A stretch of DNA of 64,000 nucleotides from Candidatus Margulisiibacteriota bacterium (GCA_042577445.1 JBHPDX010000001.1:6614-70613), one strand, 5' to 3'; counted from the stretch's first letter, positions 11,119 to 19,816 are shown. Translations and numbers: made by a program. The notes: a model not told the origin generated them from the sequence alone.

Positions 11119-11150
11119 CCCACCAAATTCAAGAAGGCTGGTGTATTTCT

Positions 11151-12287
11151 ATGCTTAGACATTTGACTGCTGGAGAATCTCACGGTAAAGCCATTATCGG
11201 CATACTGGAAGGCGTGCCTGCGAACCTCAAAGTATCTCCGGAAGATATCAATAAAGAACTTAAAAGGAGAATGCTTGGCTACGGCAGAGGCGGCCGCATG
11301 GCCATTGAGACCGATAATATCGAGGTTCTTTCAGGAATACGGCTTGGAAAGACGCTTGGCAGCCCTATAGCTCTTATGATCGAAAATAAGGATTATGAGA
11401 ACTGGAAGAAAATAATGCCTGTCGAAGCGAGCAAGAACATCTTCCAGGAACCGGTCACCAAGATCCGTCCCGGCCACGCTGACCTTACGGGATGTCTTAA
11501 GTACAATCAGCAGGATATCAGGAATATCCTTGAAAGAGCTAGTGCGCGGTCGACCGCTGCTCTGGTCGCTATCGGTGCAGTAGCGAAAAAATTACTTTCA
11601 GAGTTCAAAATATCTGTTTTCAGCCATGTTGTCCAGATAGGCAAGGTAAGAGCAAATGTAGACCTAAGAAAGGGTCTGGAGGAAGCGCGCCGTGCGGCGG
11701 AAAAGTCGGATGTCCGATGCGCCGATGAAAAAGCCGCGCTTCAAATGAAAAAAGAGATCGATGAGGCAAAGACCAAAGGGGATTCACTGGGCGGTGTATT
11801 TGAAGTTGTAGTTACCGGCGCACCGGTGGGACTTGGAAGCCATGTGCACGCCGACAGGCGCCTTGGAGGCAAGCTTGCGGGTGCAGTTATGTCCATAAAT
11901 GCGGTAAAGGGTGTTGAAATAGGGCTTGGCTTTTCTGTTGCGTCCGTTCCGGGTTCAAAAGCCCATGATGAGCTGTTCAATGAAGCAGGCAATATTGTTA
12001 GGCATTCCAATAATGCCGGCGGGCTTGAGGGCGGCATGACGAACGGCGAGCCGATAATAATAAGAGCGGCCGTAAAACCGGTCTCTACTATCAAAAAAAC
12101 GCTTAATTCCGTGGATCTTATTACAAAAGAGTCCGTAAAAGCTCACTTTGAGAGGGCAGATGTGTGTCATATACCTTCAGCAGGGGTCATTGGAGAGGCC
12201 GTGGTGGCTATCGAGATGGCAGGCGCATTTTTAGAGAAGTTTGGCGGAGATTCAATAGAAGAGATCAAGGCGAGGTATGCCCCTTAA
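11151..12287 (+). CDS. aroC: chorismate synthase
   Basis: MLRHLTAGESHGKAIIGILEGVP...GRSSARETA-type motifs. The protein is 378 aa. Confidence 0.92.
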   Translation: MLRHLTAGESHGKAIIGILEGVPANLKVSPEDINKELKRRMLGYGRGGRMAIETDNIEVLSGIRLGKTLGSPIALMIENKDYENWKKIMPVEASKNIFQEPVTKIRPGHADLTGCLKYNQQDIRNILERASARSTAALVAIGAVAKKLLSEFKISVFSHVVQIGKVRANVDLRKGLEEARRAAEKSDVRCADEKAALQMKKEIDEAKTKGDSLGGVFEVVVTGAPVGLGSHVHADRRLGGKLAGAVMSINAVKGVEIGLGFSVASVPGSKAHDELFNEAGNIVRHSNNAGGLEGGMTNGEPIIIRAAVKPVSTIKKTLNSVDLITKESVKAHFERADVCHIPSAGVIGEAVVAIEMAGAFLEKFGGDSIEEIKARYAP

Positions 12288-12369
12288 GATCCTCTAAATT
12301 AATGTTGACCGTTCTATCCTGGCGTGATAAGATTCACGAGTTTTCTAAAAACAGAAGGAGAATATTGCT

Positions 12370-12936
12370 TTGGCAGCGAAGATCAGATTAGCTAGAACAG
12401 GATCCAAGAAACGCCCATACTATCGTGTTGTGGTCGTGGACAGCAGAAATGCCGGTGATAGCAACTATATAGAGATATTGGGGCAGTACAATCCTTTATT
12501 AGAAAAGGATCAGTTAAATGTGGATAAAGACAAGGTCCTTAACTGGATCAAGGAAGGCGCAGAACCTTCATTTACAGTTAGAAAATTGCTTGGTAAGGCA
12601 GGGATAATGAAGGCGCTTGATCTTGCATCACTTCCAAAGAGGCTTCCTAAAGCGCAGCAAAAGGCCGCAGAGGCTGGAGAAGCTGCACCTAAGGCTGAAG
12701 GAGCTCCAAAAGAAGGGGAGAAAAAAGAAGCGCCCAAAAAGGAAGAAGCTCCAAAAGCAGACCTACCTGCCGGCAAGGCAGAAAAGAAGGAAGCCCCAAA
12801 AGAAGAAAAAAAAGAAGCTCCTAAAGAGGAGAAAGCAAAAGAAGAGAAAAAAGAAGCGCCTAAGGAAGAAAAGAAAGAAGCTCCTAAAGAAGAGAAGAAG
12901 GAGCCAGAAAAACCGAAGGAAGAGCCGAAAAAGTAA
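12370..12936 (+). CDS. rpsP: 30S ribosomal protein S16 carrying a C-terminal low-complexity extension of about 100 aa made of KKEAPKEE repeats
   Basis: MAAKIRLARTGSKKRPYYRVVVVDSRNAGDS is the S16 core. The start codon is TTG, with an AAGGAG RBS 10 nt upstream. The tail reads ...KKEAPKEEKKEAPKEEKAKEEKKEAPKEEKKEAPKEEKKEPEKPKEEPKK. Confidence 0.88.
   Translation: MAAKIRLARTGSKKRPYYRVVVVDSRNAGDSNYIEILGQYNPLLEKDQLNVDKDKVLNWIKEGAEPSFTVRKLLGKAGIMKALDLASLPKRLPKAQQKAAEAGEAAPKAEGAPKEGEKKEAPKKEEAPKADLPAGKAEKKEAPKEEKKEAPKEEKAKEEKKEAPKEEKKEAPKEEKKEPEKPKEEPKK
12700..12930 (+). repeat. imperfect tandem repeats of about 24 nt (AAAGAAGCTCCTAAAGAAGAGAAG-like) encoding the KKEAPKEE units of the S16 tail
   Basis: Read directly from the DNA and the protein. 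The tract is coding low-complexity sequence, not a CRISPR array. Confidence 0.7.
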
Positions 12937-12965
12937 GCATCAGGGATCCATGGAGGCCGATACAG

Positions 12966-13217
12966 ATGAAAGAATTAGTAGAATACCTCGTAAAAGCGTT
13001 AGTGGACAAGCCGGAAGAAGTGAACATCAGCCAGACCGAAGGCGAAGCAATGACAATACTTGAGATCAGGGTCGCCGCGGATGATGCGGGAAAAGTTATC
13101 GGCCGCGAAGGCAGGATCGCTAATGCAATAAGGATGATATCTAAAGCGGCGGCAGCCAAGCAGCAGAAAAGGGTCACCGTTGAGATAGTGACCGCCGATA
13201 GAGAGCAAAGAAGATAA
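12966..13217 (+). CDS. ylqC: KH-domain RNA-binding protein (YlqC/UPF0109 family)
   Basis: 83 aa. The KH motif is VIGREGRIANAIRMI. The gene holds the canonical position between rpsP and trmD. Confidence 0.8.
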   Translation: MKELVEYLVKALVDKPEEVNISQTEGEAMTILEIRVAADDAGKVIGREGRIANAIRMISKAAAAKQQKRVTVEIVTADREQRR

Positions 13218-13261
13218 TTCTTTTTTCAGTAGTGTGCAAATAATAAAGGAGGATGGTAAAA

Positions 13262-13705
13262 ATGGTAGAAGTTTCTAAGAAAAGTTCAGATAAAGAGATA
13301 GAATTGAAGCGAGTAGTCATGGTAAAGGCCATAGTCACAGATGCGTTCAAGTCCAATTTGACCAAGGAGCTTGAAAGGGCGATCAAGAATATAGATACCC
13401 AGGCAAAGCAGGTAGAGTTCCAGTCAAAAAGCCATATAGATGATCTTAAGAAAAAGGGCATGATGCAACAGCTAAATTCCTTTTTAAGGCAGCTTGATGA
13501 AGAAAAAGGAAGAATGGGCGCCGCTAGGGCCGATCTTAACAACAAAATAGAAGAAGCAAAGAAGCTGAAAGTTGGAAGCGAATTTGTTCAGGGTCCGCTT
13601 GAAGGGCCTGTTAACGTTAAAGTCGGGGATAACCTTTACAAGAAGATAGGCGCTGTTGAGCTTATCGTTAAGGACGGGATCATTCAGGAGATCAGAGGCG
13701 TTTAA
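13262..13705 (+). CDS. ylqD: YlqD-family protein
   Basis: The C-terminus KVGSEFVQGP...VKVGDNLYKKIGAVELIVKDGIIQEIRG matches the YlqD family, which is conserved downstream of ylqC in Firmicutes. The start is set at the second ATG, 9 nt after the AAGGAGG RBS. The ORF track begins at 13253. Confidence 0.55.
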   Translation: MVEVSKKSSDKEIELKRVVMVKAIVTDAFKSNLTKELERAIKNIDTQAKQVEFQSKSHIDDLKKKGMMQQLNSFLRQLDEEKGRMGAARADLNNKIEEAKKLKVGSEFVQGPLEGPVNVKVGDNLYKKIGAVELIVKDGIIQEIRGV

Positions 13706-13734
13706 TCCCAGTCGAATAAAAGGGCTTACGTAAT

Positions 13735-14484
13735 TTGCGTGTAAGATCTATGCAAATCGACATTCTTACTATTTTCCCCTCTATGTTCTCTCCGCTTTCT
13801 GAAAGCATATTAGGAAAAGCCAGGGAAAAGAGGATCATAACCTTAAATATCCATGATATAAGGGATTATTCCGCGGATAAGCATAAGAGCGTGGACGACA
13901 CGCCTTATGGAGGCGGAGCCGGAATGGTGCTTATGGCAGAGCCGATAATCAAGGCTCTGGGTTCTTTGAAAAAGCAGAATAAAGGAAGCAGGGTCATTTT
14001 AATGTCCCCGAGCGGTAAGCGGCTTGATCAGGCAAAATTAGAACAGTTATCAAAAGAGAAAGGCTTGATCGTGATCTGCGGGCGCTATGAAGGGATAGAT
14101 GACCGCGTCAGGGAGCGTTTTGTGGACGAGGAAATATCCGTTGGCGATTACGTCCTGTCCGGAGGAGAACTTCCTGCGATGGTGTTGATCGAGGGGATAT
14201 CCCGGCTGATTCCCGGTGTCTTAGGGGATGAAGCTTCCAAAGAATTCGACTCTTTCTCGGACGGTCTCCTAGAGGGTCCGCAATATACAAAACCGGAAGA
14301 TGTTTCCGGGATGAAAGTCCCAAAGGTACTGCTTTCCGGGAACCATAAGGCTATTGACGGGTTCAGGAGAGAGCAGTCGCTTAAGAAAACATTGTTGAAT
14401 AATCCGGACCTGTTCGTTAAAGCACAGCTTGACGGAGAGGACAGGAAACTTTTGAACGATATGATCGCTGGAGAACAATCATGA
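13735..14484 (+). CDS. trmD: tRNA (guanine37-N1)-methyltransferase
   Basis: MQIDILTIFPSMF...ICGRYEGIDDRV...SVGDYVLSGGELPAMVLIEGISRLIPGVLG is the SPOUT knot of TrmD. The ORF starts at TTG 13735; the ATG at 13750 is an alternative start. Confidence 0.9.
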   Translation: MRVRSMQIDILTIFPSMFSPLSESILGKAREKRIITLNIHDIRDYSADKHKSVDDTPYGGGAGMVLMAEPIIKALGSLKKQNKGSRVILMSPSGKRLDQAKLEQLSKEKGLIVICGRYEGIDDRVRERFVDEEISVGDYVLSGGELPAMVLIEGISRLIPGVLGDEASKEFDSFSDGLLEGPQYTKPEDVSGMKVPKVLLSGNHKAIDGFRREQSLKKTLLNNPDLFVKAQLDGEDRKLLNDMIAGEQS

Positions 14485-15059
14485 CGGTTTATATGGCATT
14501 GCTTCATTTTCCGGTCTATAACAAGAAGAAAGAGGTCGTGACTACCTGCATAACGGGGTTTGACCTCCATGATATCGCAAGATCAGCGTGCACTTACGGA
14601 ATAAAGAAGTATTTTGTCGTGAACCCGGTTGCCGCTCAGCGTCAGTTCGCCGGCAGGATAATCGGTCATTGGATGAAGGATGAAAGCCAGGAATTTAACC
14701 CTACAAGGGTGGAGGCTTTCAAGCTGATCGACATAAAGGACTCATTAAAGGAAGTCGTTGAGTATATAGAAAAGAAAGAGAAAAAGAGCCCGGTAGTAGT
14801 GGCGACGTCGGCAAAAGAGAATGGGACATATTCTTATCAAACGCTCGCAGAAGATATAAAGAAGAACAATAATCCTTATCTGCTGCTTTTTGGCACAGGA
14901 TACGGCCTTTGCGAAGAAGTAATAGACGGGGCGGATATAGTGCTTGAGCCAGTGGTCGGAAAGACCGAGTATAACCATTTGTCAGTTCGCTCTGCAGTTG
15001 CTATAATATTAGACCGTGTTTTTAAAAACGGCGTAAAAAAGAATAAGGGAGGAAATTAA
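14481..15059 (+). CDS. uncharacterised SPOUT-like (SpoU/TrmH-type) putative RNA methyltransferase
   Basis: 192 aa. [24 protein letters not shown] and [16 protein letters not shown] resemble SPOUT motifs II and III. The start overlaps the trmD stop as ATGA, and a GGAG RBS is present. The protein is not RimM. Confidence 0.45.
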   Translation: MTVYMALLHFPVYNKKKEVVTTCITGFDLHDIARSACTYGIKKYFVVNPVAAQRQFAGRIIGHWMKDESQEFNPTRVEAFKLIDIKDSLKEVVEYIEKKEKKSPVVVATSAKENGTYSYQTLAEDIKKNNNPYLLLFGTGYGLCEEVIDGADIVLEPVVGKTEYNHLSVRSAVAIILDRVFKNGVKKNKGGN

Positions 15060-15060
15060 A

Positions 15061-15432
15061 GTGACCATTATATCTCAGATCGAAAAGGAGAATGCAAAGA
15101 AGGAAGTGCCTGACTTCAACGTCGGGGACACAGTGAGGGTATTCGCGAAGATAATCGAAGGAGAAAAAGAAAGGCTTCAGGCTTTTGAGGGAACGGTTAT
15201 CAAGCGGCAGGGCGGCGGTGTAAGGGAGACTTTCACGGTCAGAAAAGTAGTTCATAGTATCGGGGTGGAGAGGACATTTCCGATCCATTCACCCAAAGTC
15301 GACAAGATCAAAGTTATTAAACAGGGTAAGGTCCGCAGGGCCAAGCTTTACTACCTCCGCGATAGGATAGGCTCAAAGGCCACCAGGATAGAAGAAGCTG
15401 TAGCAAAAGAACAGGCAGAAGAAGCGAAGTAA
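15061..15432 (+). CDS. rplS: 50S ribosomal protein L19
   Basis: The start codon is GTG, with an AAGGGAGG RBS 8 nt upstream. [35 protein letters not shown] is typical L19. Confidence 0.9.
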   Translation: MTIISQIEKENAKKEVPDFNVGDTVRVFAKIIEGEKERLQAFEGTVIKRQGGGVRETFTVRKVVHSIGVERTFPIHSPKVDKIKVIKQGKVRRAKLYYLRDRIGSKATRIEEAVAKEQAEEAK

Positions 15433-15453
15433 AAGAGAGGTTAGCTAAAAAAT

Positions 15454-15490
15454 AAAGGAGTCAGAACTAATGTTTCTGACTCCTTTTTAT
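15454..15490 (+). terminator. rho-independent terminator, probably bidirectional, between rplS and the convergent lipoprotein gene
   Basis: The stem is AAAGGAGTCAGAA with a 7-nt loop and TTCTGACTCCTTT. A TTTTATTT run follows and an A-run precedes it. Confidence 0.7.
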
Positions 15491-15506
15491 TTAGTTAATT
15501 TAACGC

Positions 15507-17567
15507 TTAATTTTGCTCAGCACACCTTAGAAGTTGTCCGTAGTCGGCATAGTAGCTTATGCTTACCTTGTTGCTGCCGTCTATTGTCATAGAAGAATAA
15601 CGACCCGCATTTCCAGCCTCTATAACCATTGTGTACCATGTTGAACCCTGATACCAGGCGTATTTAAGCTTTTCATTTGAGGTTGGAAGGGTGTTGTCAC
15701 GATAGCTGATCCGAGGATTGCCGCTGCTGTCTAGGGCGAGGGAAGTGAAATCCCCGACCGTTCCTACGCTGTCAATTGTCGCGATGTTCCATGATCCGGA
15801 CTCTGAACCGGCTTCGCATGAAGCGTATTTAAGGTCGCCGCCGGTTGAATAATAGTAGCTTATTCTCGGGTTATTGCTGCCATCCAAAGCAAGTGATGTA
15901 TACAATCCAACATCGCCGGAAGGATCTATTGTCTTATACTGCCACGACGTTCCATTGTGGTAAGCATATTCAAGATCCTCAGTTGTGTTGTTATAGTAAC
16001 TTATCCTTGGATTGCCGCTGCTGTCCAACGCTAAAGATGTATAAAGCCCCACATCGTCACTGCCGCCGGAATCAACGGTTTGTACGTACCATGTTCCCGC
16101 TTCATAAGAAGCATATTTAAGGCTCCCGGCTGTGGCATCATAGTAACTTATGCGCGGATTGCCGTTGTATAGCGCAAGAGAAGTATGCCTGCCAACGTCG
16201 TTTGACGTAACTTCAACTGTTGTTTTAGCCCAATACATACCTTCCCCTTCCCATGATGCATATCTAAGTAATCCGTTCGTGGAATCATAATAACTTATTC
16301 TTCCGTAGTCGCCGTCCATTGCAAGTGATGAGTATAATCCTGTATCTCCTTCACCATCCACTATTGTTGGACTTCCCCATGATGACCCGTTATATGAAAC
16401 ATATTTAAGGAGCTTTTTTTCACCACCCGCATCGTAATAACTTATGTGCTGGTTGTTGCTGGTGTCCAGTGCTATGGATGTGTAGAAACAGGCAAAATAA
16501 TCGGCATCGGGTGTTGTAATGCTCCAGTCCGGCAGGTCGATAACTTCAAAAGATACATAGTTGCTTTCAACCCCTTCTGAAGACGCGAATATTGAGCAGG
16601 CACCTGCCGATACCGCTGTAGCAAGACCGCTTGTCAGACCGATCGTTGCAATATTAGTATCATCCGAGTGCCAGGTAAGTGTTACATACTGTGATGGTAT
16701 CGTCTGTTCGGCGGCGTTCTTTGGCGTTGCAGAGAACTGTTGTTGAGATTCCGCGACCAGGCTCGCTGATACAGGAGTTACTTCGATCGATGCCACATTC
16801 AAGTCTCCGGATGTTACCGTGCAGCCATTGCTTTGTTTGCCGGTTGCATAAGCGTGTACGGTGGCTACTCCAAGATTTTCTCCGCGGATCAATCCCGTGT
16901 TATCCACGGAAACTATCGACGGTATCGTGGAAGCCCAGTCATAATCCAGTACCCATCCAGGCTGCGGAGTGCCGTCATCATCGTATGCCTCGGCAGTGAG
17001 CTGAAATGTTTCGCCTATGGCTACTTGCGTTGACGGCTGGGATAAAACGATCTCAAGGCTGCCGACCGTGCTTATTTCACTCGTGACTATCCCGTATATG
17101 CTTAAGGAATTTGTCTCCCCGCTGACGATGTTCAGAGCAGCTTCTGCAGTTGTGCCGCCTATTCCATACCATACATCATTGTTTATGGTCCCAAGTAAAT
17201 AAGTTGCCTCAACCGTGGAAGGAGTAGAGGAGTCGTAGCTTATATTAATTATCGCCGGAACAAGAAATATAGTTCCTGATGGGCCAACGCTGTACGCGGA
17301 TCCCGTGACGACCATGGATTCCGAGGTACTGTAATCATCTGCAGTAAACAAGACATCTGTTGTAAGCGCTCCCGGAGGAACGATCATCGTGAATGATTTA
17401 TATGTTATGGTGCCGCCTGCCGGTCCAATGCGGTTCGGGGTGGGAGTTCCCCCTCCTGTCACACCGCTACCGCAACCGGTATTCGTAATATATAAGAAAA
17501 CACCGATGATGAGGATAATGATCAGTGATCCAAAAGTGGTGGATCTTCTATGTATTTTTCGAACCAT
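15507..17567 (-). CDS. large surface lipoprotein with a signal peptide (Cys32 in a lipobox-like ITNTGC), two Big_2 Ig-like domains and six C-terminal repeats of about 40 aa (SLALDSSGNPRISYYD...LKYA...W) that probably form a beta-propeller
   Basis: The N-terminus is MVRKIHRRSTTFGSLIIILIIGVFLYITNTGCGSG. The Big_2 matches include VTPVSASLVAESQQQFSATPKN and QVAIGETFQLTAEAYDDDG. The six repeats are read directly in the translation. Confidence 0.75.
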   Translation of the reverse strand: MVRKIHRRSTTFGSLIIILIIGVFLYITNTGCGSGVTGGGTPTPNRIGPAGGTITYKSFTMIVPPGALTTDVLFTADDYSTSESMVVTGSAYSVGPSGTIFLVPAIINISYDSSTPSTVEATYLLGTINNDVWYGIGGTTAEAALNIVSGETNSLSIYGIVTSEISTVGSLEIVLSQPSTQVAIGETFQLTAEAYDDDGTPQPGWVLDYDWASTIPSIVSVDNTGLIRGENLGVATVHAYATGKQSNGCTVTSGDLNVASIEVTPVSASLVAESQQQFSATPKNAAEQTIPSQYVTLTWHSDDTNIATIGLTSGLATAVSAGACSIFASSEGVESNYVSFEVIDLPDWSITTPDADYFACFYTSIALDTSNNQHISYYDAGGEKKLLKYVSYNGSSWGSPTIVDGEGDTGLYSSLAMDGDYGRISYYDSTNGLLRYASWEGEGMYWAKTTVEVTSNDVGRHTSLALYNGNPRISYYDATAGSLKYASYEAGTWYVQTVDSGGSDDVGLYTSLALDSSGNPRISYYNNTTEDLEYAYHNGTSWQYKTIDPSGDVGLYTSLALDGSNNPRISYYYSTGGDLKYASCEAGSESGSWNIATIDSVGTVGDFTSLALDSSGNPRISYRDNTLPTSNEKLKYAWYQGSTWYTMVIEAGNAGRYSSMTIDGSNKVSISYYADYGQLLRCAEQN

Positions 17568-17629
17568 GTTAATTGTATTTTACTATTATCCTGGGAATTT
17601 GCAAGAATCCACGGAAAGGCGTTTATTTC

Positions 17630-17658
17630 TTGAAACGGATGAGCTTATGATCTATATT
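17630..17658 (+). promoter_or_regulatory. candidate sigma70 promoter for rnhB (TTGAAA, 17-nt spacer, TATATT)
   Basis: It lies in the 120-bp divergent region between the lipoprotein gene and rnhB, 30 nt upstream of the rnhB ATG. Confidence 0.35.
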
Positions 17659-17688
17659 TATGGTGCGAAAGCAGAAAGAAGGGTATTA

Positions 17689-18309
17689 ATGGATCCCGAA
17701 TCCAAGCTAAAGAAAAACGGCACAAAAAATATTGCGGGAGTGGATGAATCCGGCAGGGGGCCTCTTGCCGGTCCGGTGGTGGCGGCGGCGGTTATATTAA
17801 AGGACGGCATAAGGATCAAAGGGATAAGGGACTCGAAAATGATAGATCCTGCAGAAAGAAGATATCTCTATCTTCAAATAATGGATAATTCAAGGTCGAT
17901 AGGAGTTTCGGTCGTTGACAGCCATACTATCGACAAGAAGAACATTTTACAGGCTTCTTTATATGCCATGAGGCATGCCGTTGAACTTCTTGATGTAAGA
18001 CCGAAGCATGTGCTGGTTGACGGCAATAAAGAAATACCGGAAATGGACCTGCCGCAAAACGCCGTGATCTCCGGAGATAAACTGTGCCGCTCTATATCTG
18101 CGGCTTCCATTATCGCTAAGGTCGTAAGGGATGAGATCATGTTCTGTTACGATCGTGTATATCCCAATTATAAATTCACGGCGCATAAAGGATACTCCAC
18201 AAAAGAACACATCAAGCTGCTCGAAAAATACGGGCCGACCTCTATTCACAGATTGAGCTACCAGCCTGTCATAGACTGCCTGCGATCAAAGGGTATTTTG
18301 TTCTTATAA
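17689..18309 (+). CDS. rnhB: ribonuclease HII
   Basis: IAGVDESGRGPLAGPVVAAAVIL...DSK motifs. The start is set at the internal ATG 17689, which has a GAAGGG RBS. The longer ORF from 17389 would overlap the divergent lipoprotein gene. Confidence 0.85.
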   Translation: MDPESKLKKNGTKNIAGVDESGRGPLAGPVVAAAVILKDGIRIKGIRDSKMIDPAERRYLYLQIMDNSRSIGVSVVDSHTIDKKNILQASLYAMRHAVELLDVRPKHVLVDGNKEIPEMDLPQNAVISGDKLCRSISAASIIAKVVRDEIMFCYDRVYPNYKFTAHKGYSTKEHIKLLEKYGPTSIHRLSYQPVIDCLRSKGILFL

Positions 18310-18331
18310 TTCCCGCAAACCCTCCATTTAC

Positions 18332-18361
18332 TTGACATTCACAAGCCTTAAAAGCTATAAT
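18332..18361 (+). promoter_or_regulatory. strong sigma70 promoter for hup (TTGACA, 18-nt spacer, TATAAT)
   Basis: Both hexamers are exact consensus. The predicted leader is about 45 nt and ends in an AGGGGG RBS. Confidence 0.55.
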
Positions 18362-18413
18362 GCTTATGTATCAAGGGTTTCGTTGAGCCTCAAAATAACA
18401 GGGGGTGAAGGGA

Positions 18414-18686
18414 ATGAACAAACAAGAATTGATCTCCGCAGTGTCCTCAAAGACAAAGTATTCCAAGAAAGAAGTGGGAACCGTCATTGAATCATGTTTT
18501 ACAATGATGCAGGGCGCCCTTAAGAAGGGTGAGAAGGTCCAGATGGTCAATTTCGGAAGCTGGAGACGATATAAAAGGAAAGCAAGACTGGGCAGGAACC
18601 CAAAAACAGGGGAAAGACTGCAGATCCCAGCGCGGAACATCGTGAAATTCTCGACCGGCCAGGAATTGATGGAGACAGTAAACTAG
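18414..18686 (+). CDS. hup: DNA-binding protein HU
   Basis: MNKQELISAVSSKT...VNFGSWRRYKRKARLGRNPKTGERLQIPARNIVKFSTGQEL is the HU/IHF fold with its beta-arm. The start is the ATG after the RBS, not the upstream GTG. Confidence 0.9.
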   Translation: MNKQELISAVSSKTKYSKKEVGTVIESCFTMMQGALKKGEKVQMVNFGSWRRYKRKARLGRNPKTGERLQIPARNIVKFSTGQELMETVN

Positions 18687-18702
18687 AAGAAGACATAAAA
18701 AG

Positions 18703-18741
18703 ACCCTCTATATGCTTGCGTTGGTATAGAGGGTTTTTCTT
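18703..18741 (+). terminator. rho-independent terminator after hup; also closes the convergent 18745..19143 gene
   Basis: A 10-bp perfect stem ACCCTCTATA/TATAGAGGGT with a 12-nt loop is followed by TTTTTCTTTG. Confidence 0.7.
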
Positions 18742-18744
18742 TGT

Positions 18745-19143
18745 CTATAAGATGATCGCGATCTTAAGATTCCCTAAATAGCCCGGACGCCTGCTTATTT
18801 TTATTATCTCCTTTGCATCATCAGTCGGTATGATTATGTTAGTTATTTCCTTCTCGTCGAACCTTGAGTTCACCCGTACGATAAAGGGATCTTTTCCGAC
18901 AAAACCGGATCTTTTCGCCGCATCAATTGAACCCGTATAGCAGATTATTCCCTTTTCAAGTATGTGATTTATGTCATCACTTAAGACATCGTTATTCAAA
19001 GGTGTCCCGGTTGAACTGCCGCCGGTAAAGTATATTGGCTGCGGTGAGGGTGAGCTTGTAGCGTCGATTATAAGCCCGCTGTACGCATAAGAAAGGCTTA
19101 CGCTTGTTAGGATCATTAGTATTATTAATATCGTTTTTTTCAC
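18745..19143 (-). CDS. small secreted hypothetical protein of about 133 aa
   Basis: The start codon is GTG, with an AAGGGG RBS. The N-terminus VKKTILIILMILTSVSLSYAYSG is a signal peptide. I see no recognisable domain. Confidence 0.5.
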   Translation of the reverse strand: MKKTILIILMILTSVSLSYAYSGLIIDATSSPSPQPIYFTGGSSTGTPLNNDVLSDDINHILEKGIICYTGSIDAAKRSGFVGKDPFIVRVNSRFDEKEITNIIIPTDDAKEIIKISRRPGYLGNLKIAIIL

Positions 19144-19343
19144 TTTATATCCCCTTGTAATACTATATATCGTATCCTTCTTCGGCTTTCTTGCATGTAT
19201 TTCCCTATTATATTTCGCTTTGGAAAAGCAAAAAATGTAGTCAAATATGCCGTTTGTAGCATATTCCATACGATCTTCCTTAAACCTTAGTATCAGATGA
19301 TTGGCGGTTTAATTGCTGATAAAGTGGAGATAGGAGATGTGAA

Positions 19344-19748
19344 ATGGGAGACGTGATAAAACATTTCAAAGATTTAAAGGTTTGGCAGAAGTCACATGAA
19401 CTTGAATTGTTGATGTATTTTCTAACTAAGAAATTTCCAAAAAGTGAGCTTTTTGGTTTGACCAATCAACTAAGAAGAGCTGTTACCTCGATTACTGCGA
19501 ATATTGCAGAAGGGATGGGTAGGGGGACCTATGCCGATAGAATTAGGTTTTATTATAATGCAAGAGGATCTATTTATGAGGTTGAGAGTCTTATTTGTAC
19601 GGCCAAAGATTTAGAGTATGTTGAAAAGAATAGATTTGATGAGGTTATGGAGACGCTTGATTCTGCTCGCATGTTGCTCAACGCATTTATTACAAAGACA
19701 CGGTGTTATATCGGGACACGGAATCAGAAAATAAAGCATGTGGGATAA
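19344..19748 (+). CDS. four-helix-bundle protein (TIGR02436 / 23S rRNA intervening-sequence protein family; Avd-like)
   Basis: FKDLKVWQKSHELELLMYFLTKKFPKSELFGLTNQLRRAVTSITANIAEG...ARGSIYEVESLI matches the family consensus. No reverse transcriptase lies nearby. Confidence 0.75.
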   Translation: MGDVIKHFKDLKVWQKSHELELLMYFLTKKFPKSELFGLTNQLRRAVTSITANIAEGMGRGTYADRIRFYYNARGSIYEVESLICTAKDLEYVEKNRFDEVMETLDSARMLLNAFITKTRCYIGTRNQKIKHVG

Positions 19749-19816
19749 GCGGCAGGATCTCACCTCGCATCTCTGGCTTCACGTCTCGGTAGTTATGAGC
19801 GTTAGGAGGGTTAATT

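Noticed and set aside
12700-12930. Possible CRISPR-like repeat array
   Set aside because: The repeats are contiguous 24-nt coding repeats without spacers, inside the rpsP reading frame.
12510-13063. ORFs of 88 aa (minus) and 148 aa (plus, extremely K/R-rich) overlapping the rpsP tail
   Set aside because: They are alternative frames of the KKEAPKEE repeat DNA. The +1 frame of a GA-rich repeat gives poly-K/R. They are not independent genes.
17389-17688. N-terminal extension of the rnhB ORF (100 extra residues)
   Set aside because: It would overlap the first 60 codons of the divergent lipoprotein gene. The internal ATG at 17689 has an RBS and gives a canonical RNase HII N-terminus.
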